Notes: a model not told the origin generated them from the letters alone. A DNA stretch of 64,000 nt from Octopus vulgaris (GCA_951406725.2 OX597823.1:37634001-37698000); one strand, 5' to 3'; positions 12,760 through 25,460 are shown, counted from the stretch's first letter. Program-made: numbers and translations.

Positions 12760-14799
12760 ACAACACCAAGAAACCCAATCAGAGGCCATGAGGCAGTGAA
12801 CTTTGAAGAAGTATTTTATCTTTTACTTGTTTCAGTTATCAAACTGCGACCATGCTTGGGCATAAATTGGTGACGATGATGATTTTTGAAGTTCACCAAG
12901 TCTTTTCAATGTGTTTGGCATGAGAACTCAACAAAATTATCATATATTAGCACTTGACCTAATAGAAATAACAGCCAAATTTCCTTCAAATCATATCTTA
13001 CCTATTTTTAAAAAGTAAAGGTTACACTAGATAATTATAGTTCTAGATATTCCAGAAAACAGGGGAAAGATATTGGTTGAGATATCTTTGATCATGGGTC
13101 ATCTGCTGGACTAGGTTTAACAACACCTCTTTTATCTTTTTTGACTCAAGTCTCCAATCAGATTGTTCCACCCCAAAATGTGTTGATGGCACACTCCAAA
13201 CCCACATTCTCTCAATTCTGATATGTCCTAGAGATTCAGCTGTACTTTCCACATCCACACCTTCCTCTCTATATGACCAACTTAATGTTACTTTCAGCAA
13301 ACTCCATCTGTACACAGATCTCAGCCTTCACACCCCAATAAACTACACAAGCAATATCCATTTATCAAGAGCAAAGAACTTCAAATGTTCTCCAATCCAG
13401 ACAAAACAACCTAATTATGCCAAACAACTCCAAAACACAGCTGCCAACACTACATATCAAAAAGACAGACAGCTCTAGATACAAGATCAATCTTCACAAA
13501 TGCAAAACCTCACACTCTTTGAGTCTACAGAGACCCTAACTACATCGCCGTACAAGTGGACTTGCTTACATATCTAACCAACACAAAGCAGCTGCTTCAC
13601 ACATAACTCATCTAAACCACAAACATACACACACACACTCAAGAAAGTGCCATCTGATGGTCTGGGTGAACCATTACTCACTCACCTACTATATATTAGT
13701 TCCTCTTTTAGTTTTATTACAACAGTTTCTGATTTTCTAGGTAAGCAAGCTACCCTGTGCTCATAGTTACCCCACCCCATTCTTCTGTCTCTCTTCACTT
13801 TCAAAGCCCTGCATCAAAGATTTTGTCTAAACCAGTGGTTCCAAACTTAGGTCCATATGACTCTTGGGAGTCCATACAAGATTTTGCTCTACAATACACA
13901 AAATAATTTTTTTTAATACAATTCCTTATAATATTTAATTCTAAAAATATGATGAAATTTTTTTAAACATTGAATGGCAATGAGAGTTCACCCAAGTAAA
14001 ATAAGAATCAAAGGGGTCTATGAGTAAAAACTGGTTGAGAATGTAAACCATTATCCTTAAAATTACATCAGTGGAATGCCCTTCCTGACAAGATATCAGC
14101 TTTCAGAAATTTAAAATGAATAACAACAGAATGAATACCACCCAGTCTGAGAGTGATTATAAAGGTCAAGGATTCCATTGCTCTTCCCCATACTAAAATG
14201 TATAAAAACAGTAAACCTACAGGCAATTTAATTGTTTACAAAGTTTCTGTGACGACAATGGAGTGTCTGATCATGCTGAGATAGAGACATAAATTTTTTC
14301 ATTTCAATGTATTCAACAAATTACAAATCAGTACACAGAAACAGGTTATAGAAGTTCTTTAAAAGAAAGAGAATAGAACTGAAAGCTAGCAATATCAAAA
14401 TCACTCCAGCAGTTATATAATTTATGGTTTATGTGTAATTTATTTAACGGGCCCTTCTTTGAGAACAAGGACAAGGTTTGAAGAGACGGAATTAGATTTT
14501 TACAAAAATATACAAGGAAAAGTTGTTCCACAATGAGTGCAATCAGGAGTCAAGCTTATATCAGTTGTTGAATCATGTTTTAGCACCAGTAATTTTCTAA
14601 AACTAACCACCAGAGAAAAAAAAACAAAAAAACAACAGACTTTGTCTTACCTGTCACATTAATTAATGTTTTATTGATTTGAATATTTTGTTATGTTGAA
14701 GTCAAATGACTAATTTTCTACCTATTATGAAGTCTTCTCCAAAATTATTTTACTTTTGCTTTGATATAATGCAACATTCACCTAAGGCAGTGATGGCAC

Positions 14800-15250
14800 T
14801 GTATTTATTCCAATATTGAGAGAAAAATCAATTAATTTCATATTCCTGCAATCTTCCTCAATTAACACCTACTCTTTTAGCCTGGGGTACTGAAGGATTT
14901 GCCTTCCTTTAACCTTACTGAACTTTGGAACATCAAGACTGCAGAAATAGCAATCATTCTGTGAGCTTTTAATTATCTTCATTTTCTAGAAATAGCAAGA
15001 AGTACAACTTTTGTCATACCTCTTACTCATTCCTCAAGAATAGATCAACAACTTTCATACATGACATGGAGAAACCCAACAGGATTTCAAAGTAGTCTAT
15101 GGGCTAGCCAGAACTTGGTTACTTTCAAAAATTTCATAATACCAATTTGATTCCACAAGCAACAATATATCTACTAACAAATGCTTGCATTCTTTTCTTC
15201 CCATATTCTCAAAAAGTTCAGACTCACAACTTGAGAAAACCATTTGAAAC
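14800..15250 (-). pseudogene. Relic of a Cys-rich DNA-transposase N-terminus (Chapaev3/CMC-like)
   Basis: Minus frame around 14880-14970 reads NDCYFCSLDVPKFSKVKGRQILQYP, recalling the H..DCYFC...YP motif. Heavily decayed; family assignment is from memory. Confidence 0.4.
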
Positions 15251-16924
15251 AAGAAAACATCATTTAGATTATATTAGTGAAGGAGTTTATTTAATAAACA
15301 CCTAACAACTCTATGTAAAACACACACACATATAAATATATGTAATAACATTTATAATATATTATAAATAATTATATTCACTACAGTGGGAGTAATTTTA
15401 TAACAAAAAAATAAATAAATAAACACTGGAATTCAATGTGTAACTCTGAAATGGTTGAGGATAGAAAAAGGTAACAGAATTTTTAGGATCAGTGCCACCC
15501 CCATCCAAAAAATAAAACAAGCAGAAACAAATTATGACATACAAACAAACTCTTACAAAATTTGTGTAATCAACTGAGAGGGTGGTACTGAAGACACTAT
15601 TTCATTTGAATATTAAGACAATATACAGAAGATGTTACCTGTTCTGTGTTGCACTAACATATCTACACAAGATGAACATATTTTAGGAAAATTTTTTTTG
15701 AAAATCCCTGCTGTAAAAAGTAGTAATTTCTGAGTCAATATTCACCAGAGTCCCTGTTGTATGACACTGAGACATAGTAACAAGTCCTAGTTTTATTCTA
15801 TGACTAATCTAGAAAACTCAGAGGGAATATTGCAGTTTGTTGATATTACAATAAATTTATTGAATTTCTGTTTTCCAGTGATGAGCAAACTTAAGCAATG
15901 TATAAAAATAGGGATGGGGGAAGTAATATAATACAACAGAGGTGGGGGAGGTAATATGAAATATTAACTCAAATACAATAAACATGTCAAATCATAAGTT
16001 TTTAAACACTGGGATGTAAAATTATTTAAAAATAAGCGATCTGAATGAGAATGAATAAATGTATGCATTGGGAGAAAAAATGTTAGTTATTGTGAAGGTG
16101 CCATTACCCTATTGCCTAAATTCACTTGCGTTACACTAGTAGCTATTTAAAGTATGGGTCATTTTTTTGCCATATTCTCTATGAATTTATTAATATCTTT
16201 TTTTTAAAATACCAAATTGTATATAAATGATTTAACATTAACCTGGAGGATTACTCTATACTTCCAGGAAATACATGCCTCCAAAAACTTCTCACAAGGA
16301 AAGGGCTGGCACTAACGAACTTTCGCTAGACTAACTGATGTAAAAACTTGAGAGAGGGGGTATGGGAGGGAAGGAGGGAGAGGTGGGGTGGAGAGGTGGG
16401 GTGGAGGGATGGGATGGAGGGGGAGAAAGTGAGTGAGAGAGAGAGATATTAGAACATTGTAGGTGGCTGAACTGTTCCCCTTCCCTATTATAACAATATA
16501 AAAGCAAATAGTTTTTTAAAAGAAAAAACAAAAAATGAAAACAGGCTATAAGTAAAAATATTAACAATCTGAGTGAACTTGACAACATGGTAAAAACATA
16601 ACTGACTCCAAACCTGTCAACAAGAGGAGAGATTAAAATTTGATTGACGTATATTTAATAGATAAAACAGGGAGACAGATTTAGATACAATACACTCAAG
16701 AAGAAACACAGAAAGACCTTTTGCAATGAAGAATGCATTGAGGTAGATTATTAAAGGCCAGATGCTGTTCCTGTTGCTAACCGGCACCTGTTTCAAGTTA
16801 AAGTAATATTTCTCCTTGGCTGGACAGGAGATTGCAATGAACAACACTATTTGTAAGACAAGACTCATTAACAAGTACTGCATATTAAGACTAACAGACA
16901 CAAATAAACAGGTACACGTACACA

Positions 16925-17070
16925 CACACTACAGGCTTCTCTGAATCAGATTCACTCACAAAGCTTTAGTCAGTCTAACTCTAAAATATAAGACATTTAT
17001 TCAAGGTACCACAGTAGGGATGAACCCAAAACCATGTGATTAGGGAATAAATTTTTTAACCACAGCCATA
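16925..17070 (-). mobile_element. tRNA/CORE SINE, family 2, decayed
   Basis: Reverse-complement match to the head of 41678-41877. Confidence 0.65.
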
Positions 17071-17499
17071 TGAATTTCACATAGAAAGTTTATATATACC
17101 ATTGTTTTGAATAGGTTCGAACACTAATAAAGATTTTGCGAATATTTAGGTTACTTTTTTTAAAACCCCATGGCACAATTAGACCCTTGTATTACAGTGA
17201 AATGCTTGAAATCTACAGCTATCTTTAACAAAGCTACACTTTTGGCTTGTCTGGAAGATTTGTCTCGGGCTTTATGCTGGTACAAGGCTCATCATAAACA
17301 GTTGCAGGAAAAAACCCCAAAAAAACGAGAACATGGACAGGATTTGACATTGTAGGGAAGAAGGAATGGGTGTCGTGTTTATCACAAAGTGTTGAGACAT
17401 AATGAAACTCTACAGAGTATCGTGAAGGTGACAGCAAATAGACTTGATGTGTAAGGGTAAGTATGTAGGGGTCAAAATCAAATGTTGCAACACACTAGA

Positions 17500-17546
<47 letters not shown>

Positions 17547-17994
17547 TCCATGAATACATGCTTCCCCAAAGTGAGAGACAGAGTTCATATATAGATAATT
17601 TTGCTAGGAAACCAGCCAAAATCTCCTTCAAACCATACCCAAACTGTCTTAAATGATAAAAAAAAAGGACATATATGACAATGTAGTCTGTAATATACAA
17701 AGAAATTATATGGTCATGGTTGGCTTGTCTGATTATAATAGTGTGCTACCATGTTGACCTGGAGTGAAACAACCTCAGATTATAGAAAGAGCAAGTTGGG
17801 CAAAAAGCAAGATACCCTGATTGCAATTGTACAACTAAAATTGATGGCAGTTAACAGTTATTACAGATCGTTAGGCTAGTTTTTGTGATTGTTCTAAGGG
17901 AATTACCAAAGGGTTGGTTTGTTACATTACTTAGTAACAATTGTTATGAAAATGACCTCTCCATTTGGAAGTCAATTACTGCAAATAAATTTAA

Positions 17995-20388
17995 ACACAC
18001 ACACAAAGGGAGAGATGGCTACTTATAAATGCCAAAACCTTCCCAGGCGAAGAATCCACCCCACAACATAGACTGGTAGTTAGTGACTTTAGGATCAGGA
18101 GTAGGAGGACAACCAGAAGACGACCAACATGGAGAAGAAGGATCTGGAAGCTTAAGGATCCTGTGAATGGACAGAGATTTAGAGACATGTTACTTGAAGC
18201 CTTTGACGAAGTAGAAGGGGATAGAGTATCACATGGGGTAGAGGACAACTGGACGTTTCTAAGGGACAACCTGCTGAGAGCCACTGACCAGATCTGTGGC
18301 TGGTGCAAAGTCCCCTCTCGTCCCAAGGTAACGTGGTGGTGGAACAGTGTCGTAGACAGGGCTATTAGAGAAAAGAGACAGACTTGGAAGCACTGGAAGA
18401 ATGGTGGTAGCAGGGAATTGTATCAGACTGCTAAAAGGGAAGCTAGGAGACAGGTCTATCTAGCCAGAGGGGAAGCAGATAAGAAAAAATTTGCCAATGT
18501 TCTGCGCCGTGAGGACCAAAGACTGGAGGTGTTTTGCATTGCATTACAGTGTGTGAGAGAGAATTGTGATGTGGTGGGAGAGAAGTGTGTTCGCATGGAA
18601 GATGGTTCACTTGCGCTAAATGAGGATGCAAAGAGAGAGGCTTGGAGACGCCACTATGAAAGGTTGCTGAATAAAGAAAATGAATGGGATAAAGAGAGTC
18701 TGCCGAACGTTGACCCAACAGAGGGACCAGCTATCAGGGTTGATAGTTCCTTAGTAGCTAAGGCAATTAGAAGCATGAAGACAGGGAAAGCCCCAGGCCC
18801 ATCAGGTATCACTGCAGGGATGCTCAAAATATCTGGTAGTGTCGGCTATAGCCTAGTCACCTGTATAGTTAATCAGGTGATACATGAAGGAGTCATACCC
18901 AATGACTGGTGTAGCAGCATAATAGTCAACTGCTACAAAGGTAAAGGTGATGCCCTAGATACAAATAATTACAGAGGTATCAAGCTGTTGGATCAGGTGA
19001 TGAAGGTTACAGAGAGGGTCATAAGCCAACTAATTAGAGAGAGAGTTAGTTTAGATGAGATGCAGTTTGGTTTCGTGCCAGGGAAAAGTACCACTGATGC
19101 TATATTCCTGGTAAGGCAGCTGCAGGAGAAATACCTAGCCAAAGATAAGCCCCTGTACCTGGCTTTTGTTGACATGGAGAAAGCCTTCGACAGGGTCCCC
19201 CGATCCCTCATATGGTGGTCAATGAGGAAACTAGGAATAGATGAATGGTTAGTGAGAGCTGTGCAAGCCATGTACAGGGACGCTGCTAGTAAGGTGAGGG
19301 TTGGAAATGAGTACAGTGAAGAATTCCGGGTAGAGGTCCACCAAGGCTCAGTCCTCAGCCCCCTCCTATTTATCATAGTCCTCCAGGCAATAACGGAGGA
19401 ATTCAAGACAGGATGCCCCTGGGAGCTCCTCTATGCTGATGACCTTGCTCTAATTGCTGAGTCATTATCAGAACTGGAGAAGAAGTTTCAGGTGTGGAAG
19501 CATGGTTTAGAATCGAAGGGCCTTAGAGTCAACCTAGCTAAAACCAAAGTCCTAATAAGTAGGAAGGTAGACAAATCACAAACGCCTTCAGGTAGATGGC
19601 CCTGCTCGATCTGTAGAAAAGGTGTAGGTAGAAACTCTATAAGATGCACCAAGTGTAAGCTATGGACACATAAGAGGTGCAGCAATGTCATAGGAAGGCT
19701 AACTAGGAAGATGGTTTTTGTATGTGGCAGATGCTCGGGAGCATTAACCTCTGAAAATCTGCAGAAAACAACTTCCGTCACTTTCCAGGGGGAAAAACTA
19801 GAAGTAGTTGATAGCTTCCGTTATCTTGGTGACCAAGTCAGTAGTGGGGGTGGGTGTGCTGAAAGTGTAACGGCTAGAGTAAGAATAGCCTGGGCAAAGT
19901 TTAGGGAGCTCTTACCTCTGTTGGTGACTAAAGGCCTCTCGCTCAGAGTAAAAGGCAGACTGTATGATGCATGTGTACGAACAGCCATGCTACATGGCAG
20001 TGAAACATGGGCCGTGACTGCTGAGGACATGCGTAATCTCGCGAGAAACGAAGCCAGTATGCTCCGTTGGATGTGTAATGTCAGTGTTCATAGTCGACAG
20101 AGTGTAAGTACCTTGAGAGAAAAGTTGGACCTAAGAGGAATCAGATGTTGTGTGCAAGAGAGACGATTGCGCTGGTATGGTCATGTGGTGAGAATGGATG
20201 AAGATAGGTGTGTGAAAAAGTGCCACACCCTGGCAGTTGAGGGGACCTGTGGAAGAGGTAGACCCAGGAAAACCTGGGTCGAGGTGGTGAAGCACGACCT
20301 TCGAACTCTAGGTCTCACCAAGGAAATGACCAGAGACCGAGACCTATGGAAGTATGCTGTGCGTGAGAAGACCCGGCAAGACCAGTGA
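17995..20388 (+). CDS. RTE-clade LINE ORF: end of AP endonuclease, reverse transcriptase, PHD-like finger, C-terminal domain
   Basis: Frame is open from 17995 (QHRLVVSDF). RT motifs KAPGPSG, NYRGIKLL, QFGF, FVDMEKAFDRV, HQGSVLSP, YADD and FRYLG. C-terminal RRLRWYGHV and GRGRPRKTW. No start codon or full endonuclease (5'-truncated). Confidence 0.97.
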   Translation, partial: THTQRERWLLINAKTFPGEESTPQHRLVVSDFRIRSRRTTRRRPTWRRRIWKLKDPVNGQRFRDMLLEAFDEVEGDRVSHGVEDNWTFLRDNLLRATDQICGWCKVPSRPKVTWWWNSVVDRAIREKRQTWKHWKNGGSRELYQTAKREARRQVYLARGEADKKKFANVLRREDQRLEVFCIALQCVRENCDVVGEKCVRMEDGSLALNEDAKREAWRRHYERLLNKENEWDKESLPNVDPTEGPAIRVDSSLVAKAIRSMKTGKAPGPSGITAGMLKISGSVGYSLVTCIVNQVIHEGVIPNDWCSSIIVNCYKGKGDALDTNNYRGIKLLDQVMKVTERVISQLIRERVSLDEMQFGFVPGKSTTDAIFLVRQLQEKYLAKDKPLYLAFVDMEKAFDRVPRSLIWWSMRKLGIDEWLVRAVQAMYRDAASKVRVGNEYSEEFRVEVHQGSVLSPLLFIIVLQAITEEFKTGCPWELLYADDLALIAESLSELEKKFQVWKHGLESKGLRVNLAKTKVLISRKVDKSQTPSGRWPCSICRKGVGRNSIRCTKCKLWTHKRCSNVIGRLTRKMVFVCGRCSGALTSENLQKTTSVTFQGEKLEVVDSFRYLGDQVSSGGGCAESVTARVRIAWAKFRELLPLLVTKGLSLRVKGRLYDACVRTAMLHGSETWAVTAEDMRNLARNEASMLRWMCNVSVHSRQSVSTLREKLDLRGIRCCVQERRLRWYGHVVRMDEDRCVKKCHTLAVEGTCGRGRPRKTWVEVVKHDLRTLGLTKEMTRDRDLWKYAVREKTRQDQ

Positions 20389-21093
20389 GAACAATCAAAA
20401 TCAAATCATATATCAGAAAGCAGGGGTTAAGTGACCCATCCGTTCGTGCCCGCTGTCAGCCTCATCTGGCACCCGTGCCGGTGATACGTAAAAGCACCAT
20501 TCACTCGTGGCCGTTTGCCAGCTCTGCCTGGCCCCGTGTCGGTGGCACGTAAAAGCACCATCCGTTCATGTTCGTTGCCAGCCTCGCCTGGCCCCGTGCC
20601 GGTGACACGTAAAAGCACCGTACGTTCATGGCCGTTTGCCAGCTCTGTCTGGCCCCGTGTCGGTGGCACGTAAAAGCACCATCCATTCGTGGCCGTTTGC
20701 CAGCTCTGTCTGGCCCCGTGTCGGTGGCACGTAAAAGCACCATCCGTTCGTGTCCGTTTGCCAGCTCTGTCTGGCCCCGTGTCGGTGGCACGTAAAAGCA
20801 CCATCCGTTCGTGTCCGTTGCCAGCATCGCCTGGCCCCGTGCCGGTGACACGTAAAAGCACCATCCGTTCGTGGCCGTTCGCCAGCTCTGTCTGGCACCT
20901 GTGCAGGTGGCACGTAAAAAACACCCACTACACTCGCGGAGTGGTTGGCGTTAGGAAGGGCATCCAGCCGTAGAAACACTGCCAGATCTGACTGGGCCTG
21001 ACGAAGCCTTCCAGCTTCACAGACCCCAGTTGACCCGTCCAACCCATGCTAGCATGGAAAGCAGACGCTAAACGATGATGATGATGATGATGA
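18006..21093 (+). mobile_element. Young 5'-truncated RTE LINE with 3' UTR and (GAT)n tail
   Basis: ORF, then UTR array, conserved tail and GAT repeats. Flanked on both sides by ACACACACA (TSD or insertion into a CA repeat). CpGs retained. Confidence 0.93.
20437..20924 (+). repeat. 8 x about 61-bp GC-rich tandem array in the RTE 3' UTR
   Basis: Each unit ends in ACGTAAAA(G/AA)CAC. Two variants in the order A-B-A-B-B-B-A-B. Confidence 0.95.
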
Positions 21094-23004
21094 CACACAC
21101 ATAGAAAATTCTCGTTTCAAAGAACAACCAAGGAAATTCTGAAGTAAAAGAGTCAAAAGTAACTTGTATGAAGTGAAAGTGAAAATGGAGAGGGACAGTA
21201 AAAAAGCAAACACATTGAACAAAGACAGTTTATCTCAAAAGATGTAATTTTGTATGTTCAAGGTCAATGTGAAACTGCCCAGTAGAGAAAGTTGAAAGAT
21301 TCTTATGTTACCCAAAGGAACAGAAGCCAACAAGAGCAAACTATTCTGAGTTTAGTAGGAAACAGCATATGTAGCTAATTTACACAGTAGCTACGTAGAA
21401 AAGGTATGTATATAGACATAGTATGTACATACATAAGGCAGTATGTAGACATGTCTAATAGAATGAAATTATGTTTGAACATTAACTAATCAAGGTAGAA
21501 AACTTCACACCATGTGTAGCTCCCATAAAACTTGTCATAACTGAATCCAAACATACAATGGTTGTAGCCATGAGTTGAAATGAAGATAAGTGTTGAGCTC
21601 TGTTGTTTTAACAGAAAATTTGATAGCAACTCCTTTAGATCAACTGACTGATTAATAATAATGAAGAAACCTAAACAATATAATTACAAACCTTAACAGT
21701 ATGCAAATGTTTAAATTTATAGCAAAATATTTTAAAAACTGGAAAAATATTCATAGAAAAAAAGAATAACCAGTAGCAGGACTTGTGTTTGTGAAGTCCA
21801 TAAAATGTGTACCAATAAATAAATTGGAGTCAATTTAATTATCAATACCTTCTTCCTTGTGTGAAATCAAACTCAGTCAATAGTTACCAATAACAACTTG
21901 AGAATGTTAACAGAAATAAACTTTAAACTTTACAAAGCTGTAATGGCAGTGAAGTGGGAGATGTAATTTTGTGAAAGACAATCTCCAGAAATAATGTAAA
22001 ACACCAAAATAATAAACACGTCAGTCTCAGTTAATTTTACCACAACAAATTCTCTTTCTGACTGTGAGAAAAATACACAAGCAAGAAGGCTGAATTAATA
22101 ATACTAAACTATTTCACTTAATATCAATATGAAACTAAACATAATATATGAACAACATTAACAGGGTGGTGGTGGTGGGGGGGATAAAGATCGTCTGGTT
22201 TACAGAAAGAGAGAGAGTGGGAGTTACATTCAGTGAAATGAAAAAGTCAATAAGAAATGAAGAAAACAGCTGTGACAACAGACACCAACTTTTGAATCCA
22301 TTCATAATACACAAGTGTACAGTAAGTTATTCTTATCTTGCGCTTTCACAATACATTTTTCGGTGAGGTGTTAGCAAGATCTTTGAGACTATCAGCGCAG
22401 TTAATAAACAAGATTTTAAATGGTTTTTAGAATGTATTCAACAAGGAGTGCCTGTTAACCTAAGTACAGTAAACAAAGACAGCATGGCCCAACATGTAAT
22501 ACAAATTTTAACCATATGGGAAGGAAAAACATTTGCAGACACTTCAAATCAGACACACAGTATACCGCATATACATACGCAGCCTACAAAATAAGAACAT
22601 TTAAGCAAGCAAGAGCTGGTGGATTTTATTACAAATGTCTAATTTATTTTGAAAAATTGAAAGTTATAAAAATTTTCTCGAGAAATATAAAACCTCAAGA
22701 AATCCAGACAATGAGATGTTTCAGTAAGATTTCTTTTAACTCATAGAAAACAAATATGTACTCATATCATATATCATATCGCATTCCTCCTGTATCTAAG
22801 GAAGTGCACCTGATAGAAAAACAAGGAAAAGAAAAACCACTGAAACAGACTTACTTAAGCAATAAGCCTTGCGGTGTATGTCAAAGCTATGATGCTATTA
22901 ATGGTAGTTGATAGAGTGTAAGGTTTCTTATTCTTCACTTGTACAACAGACACTGGCAGTAGATAGTTATTTACAAGCCATTTAATATAATCACACAACA
23001 TAGT

Positions 23005-23078
23005 GCTGCTACTGCTACCACCACTACTACTACTACTACCACCATCACTACTACTACTACCACCACCACCACCACTAC
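23005..23078. repeat. (CTA)/(CCA) trinucleotide tract
   Basis: Directly visible. Confidence 0.9.
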
Positions 23079-23737
23079 TGGCAGATGCAACAAGAGAAAC
23101 AGTAACCGCAGATATAAACAGAAAAAAAAGTAAAGGGAAAAAAACATTATTGATATTTACAGTTATTGAAAACTGAAATACTAATCACTCCTCAAGGGAA
23201 CAAACATTTTTGAAAATAATTTTTCATTTATTTTCAGTTAAAAAATTTTTTTGAAACTAAACTCTGGTGTGTATGTTGCCCATCAGATATAGCTGAACAA
23301 TAAGCTTTTAAATCTATACATATAAATTTGACATGGGCGATTCTTTCTTGTCTTGGGATTCACAGTCAAATGGCTGGGTGGAATTGCGCGAAAAATTACA
23401 CAAATGTGTAGAATGATCCGGTGGTGATGCTGGGCTTTGTATTTTTTCATAGTTCCATGGTTACCAAGATAATCTACTATAATAATACTCTAGTGTTTAT
23501 GAATGAAAAGAGAAGGGGTGATAGATGAATAAGGACGGAATGGGCTGATGTCATACTTGGTAGTGGGATGATGAAAATTGTAAGCTGAAAAAATAAATCA
23601 AACAGCGTTTCAACTGTGTGAGTATGTGAATGTGTGTATGCGAGTGCAATGGAAGTGGGATGGTTCATCTTTGCTTAGTATTTGGGTTTATTTTTTGATT
23701 TGGTTGAATCTTAGTTGTTTTTTTTTTGTGTTGATAT

Positions 23738-23878
23738 GGCGTTAGGAAGGGCATCCAGCCGTAGAAACACTGCCAGATCTGACTGGGCCTGATGAAGCCT
23801 TCTGGTTTCACAGACCCCAGTTGAACCGTCCAACCCATGCTAGCATGGAAAACGGATGCTAAACGATGATGATGATGT
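23738..23878 (+). mobile_element. Very short RTE insertion (3' tail only), same subfamily as 18006-21093
   Basis: Near-identical to 20947-21093; ends in (GAT)n. Confidence 0.9.
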
Positions 23879-24144
23879 TGGTCAGTTACTTTTAGCATTT
23901 TGATAGAAAAAAGTCAATCTAAAATTGTTTTAAACGTAAATGTGACCAAACAACTCAAATGCTTACACAGAGCAGGTTTTACAGCCACATCATCCAAACC
24001 GACCGGGTGAAACCAGGCTTAGCTCCTAGTTTATATATAAACTTGCATGGTCATGCACCTAAAGACAATATCTATAATACCAAAAGGTTTTCCCCCCAAA
24101 TACAAGATACCTTTGAAACTATTTTATGTAGTAGTAGTAGTCGT

Positions 24145-24292
24145 CCTTTCTACTATAGGTACAAGGCCTGAAATTTGACAGAGCAGGGTTAGTTGATTAC
24201 ACTAACCCCAATGCACAACTGGTACTAATTTCATCAACCCTGAAAGGATGAAAAGCAAAGTTGACTTCAGTGGAATTTGAACTCAGAACATA
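24145..24292 (-). mobile_element. SINE family 1, partial
   Basis: Homology to 2701-2920. Confidence 0.7.
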
Positions 24293-24294
24293 AA

Positions 24295-24857
24295 GCCAGA
24301 AGAGATGTAGTGAAAATCATTAATTGGGAGTTATACAGAAAATACGGTCTTGAAAGAGCAAGCCAGTGGTATGAGTACAAATCAGAAGGCATGGTAGAAA
24401 ATGACCCCGCCAAAATTTTATGGTATTTTATGGTACAAAGTGACCATAAAACTGAACACTCCAAACCAAAGAGTATGGGTGATTAACAAAGTCAACAAAC
24501 AGTATTTGATTCTAGATGTGGCTTATCCAGTTGTCAATAAGGCTTGTGACAAAGAATTGAAGAGTGAGAGTCATGAACTACTAGTATGGGAGATAAAACT
24601 TTTGTGGGCAAGGGAAAAGGTTGAGGCGGTCCCAGTTGTCAGGGCACTTGGTACTGTGAGCACCTGAACCGAAAACTTTTTTTTTTTTTAAATCAGGGAC
24701 AACATCAGAGTGGGGCACTCACAAAAATGAACTGTATTTGGAACTGCTAGAATACTTGGAAAAGGGCTAGACAATTGAAGGTGTCACCTCAGTCCACTGA
24801 TTGTAGACAATTGACATCTGTATTATACCACCAGTGACAAGTGGAATAATAATAATA
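24295..24857 (+). mobile_element. R4/Dong-like non-LTR 3' fragment (restriction-like endonuclease domain)
   Basis: KIINWELYRKYGL..WYEYKSEGMVENDPAKILW..DHKTEHSKP, LILDVAYP, VPVV..ALGTV and FGTARIL; ends in (AAT)n. Confidence 0.75.
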
Positions 24858-24864
24858 AAAATCC

Positions 24865-25050
24865 CTTCTATTGTAGGCACAAGGCCATTAGTTTTGTGGA
24901 AGGGAGTAAGTCGATTACATCAACCCCAGTACTCAACTGGTACCTATTTTATCAACCCCAATGGAATTTGGACTCAGAATGTGAAGATGGACAAAATACC
25001 ACTATGCATTTCACCCAATGTACTAACGATTCTTCCGGCTCACTGCCTAA
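24865..25050 (-). mobile_element. SINE family 1
   Basis: Homology to 2701-2920; bounded by TAA repeats. Confidence 0.75.
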
Positions 25051-25129
25051 TAATAATAATAATAATAATAATAAGTCTCTAAGTATTCACTGGTAACAGG
25101 TCTTTCTAGCTGGTTCTCCATCTTTTATC

Positions 25130-25460
25130 TTTAGTTTTCTTTGTTTCAGTCATTGGACTGCGGCCATTCTGGGAACCACCGGGAAGGGATTTTGTTGAAC
25201 ATATATTGGCCCCAGTACTTATTTTTAAAGTCAAGTTATTCTATTGGTCTCTTTTACTGAAGTACTAAGTTATGGGGATGTAAACAAACCAAGAGATTGT
25301 CAAACAGTGGGGAGGGATAAACAGAGGAAGAAAGACACATGCAAACATACTTACATACATATATATATACAACAGGCTTTCACACAGTTTCTGTCAACCA
25401 AATTTGTTCACAAGCAATTGAATGATCCACCCAAAATGAGCTTCTTAACCACACAGGAAT
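25130..25460 (-). mobile_element. SINE family 2, decayed
   Basis: TTGTTTCAGTCATTGGACTGCGGCCAT is the reverse complement of the tail at 42170-42200; head motifs near 25375-25455. Confidence 0.65.

Noticed and set aside
13140-13760. Penelope-like relic with hammerhead-like CTGATGG..GAACC
   Set aside because: Too decayed; no convincing protein motif or core.
20437-20924. CRISPR-like array next to an RT
   Set aside because: Units are homologous along their whole length with no unique spacers. No cas genes, and the context is a eukaryotic LINE UTR.
20427-21042. Repetitive ORFs on both strands
   Set aside because: By-products of the GC-rich tandem array.
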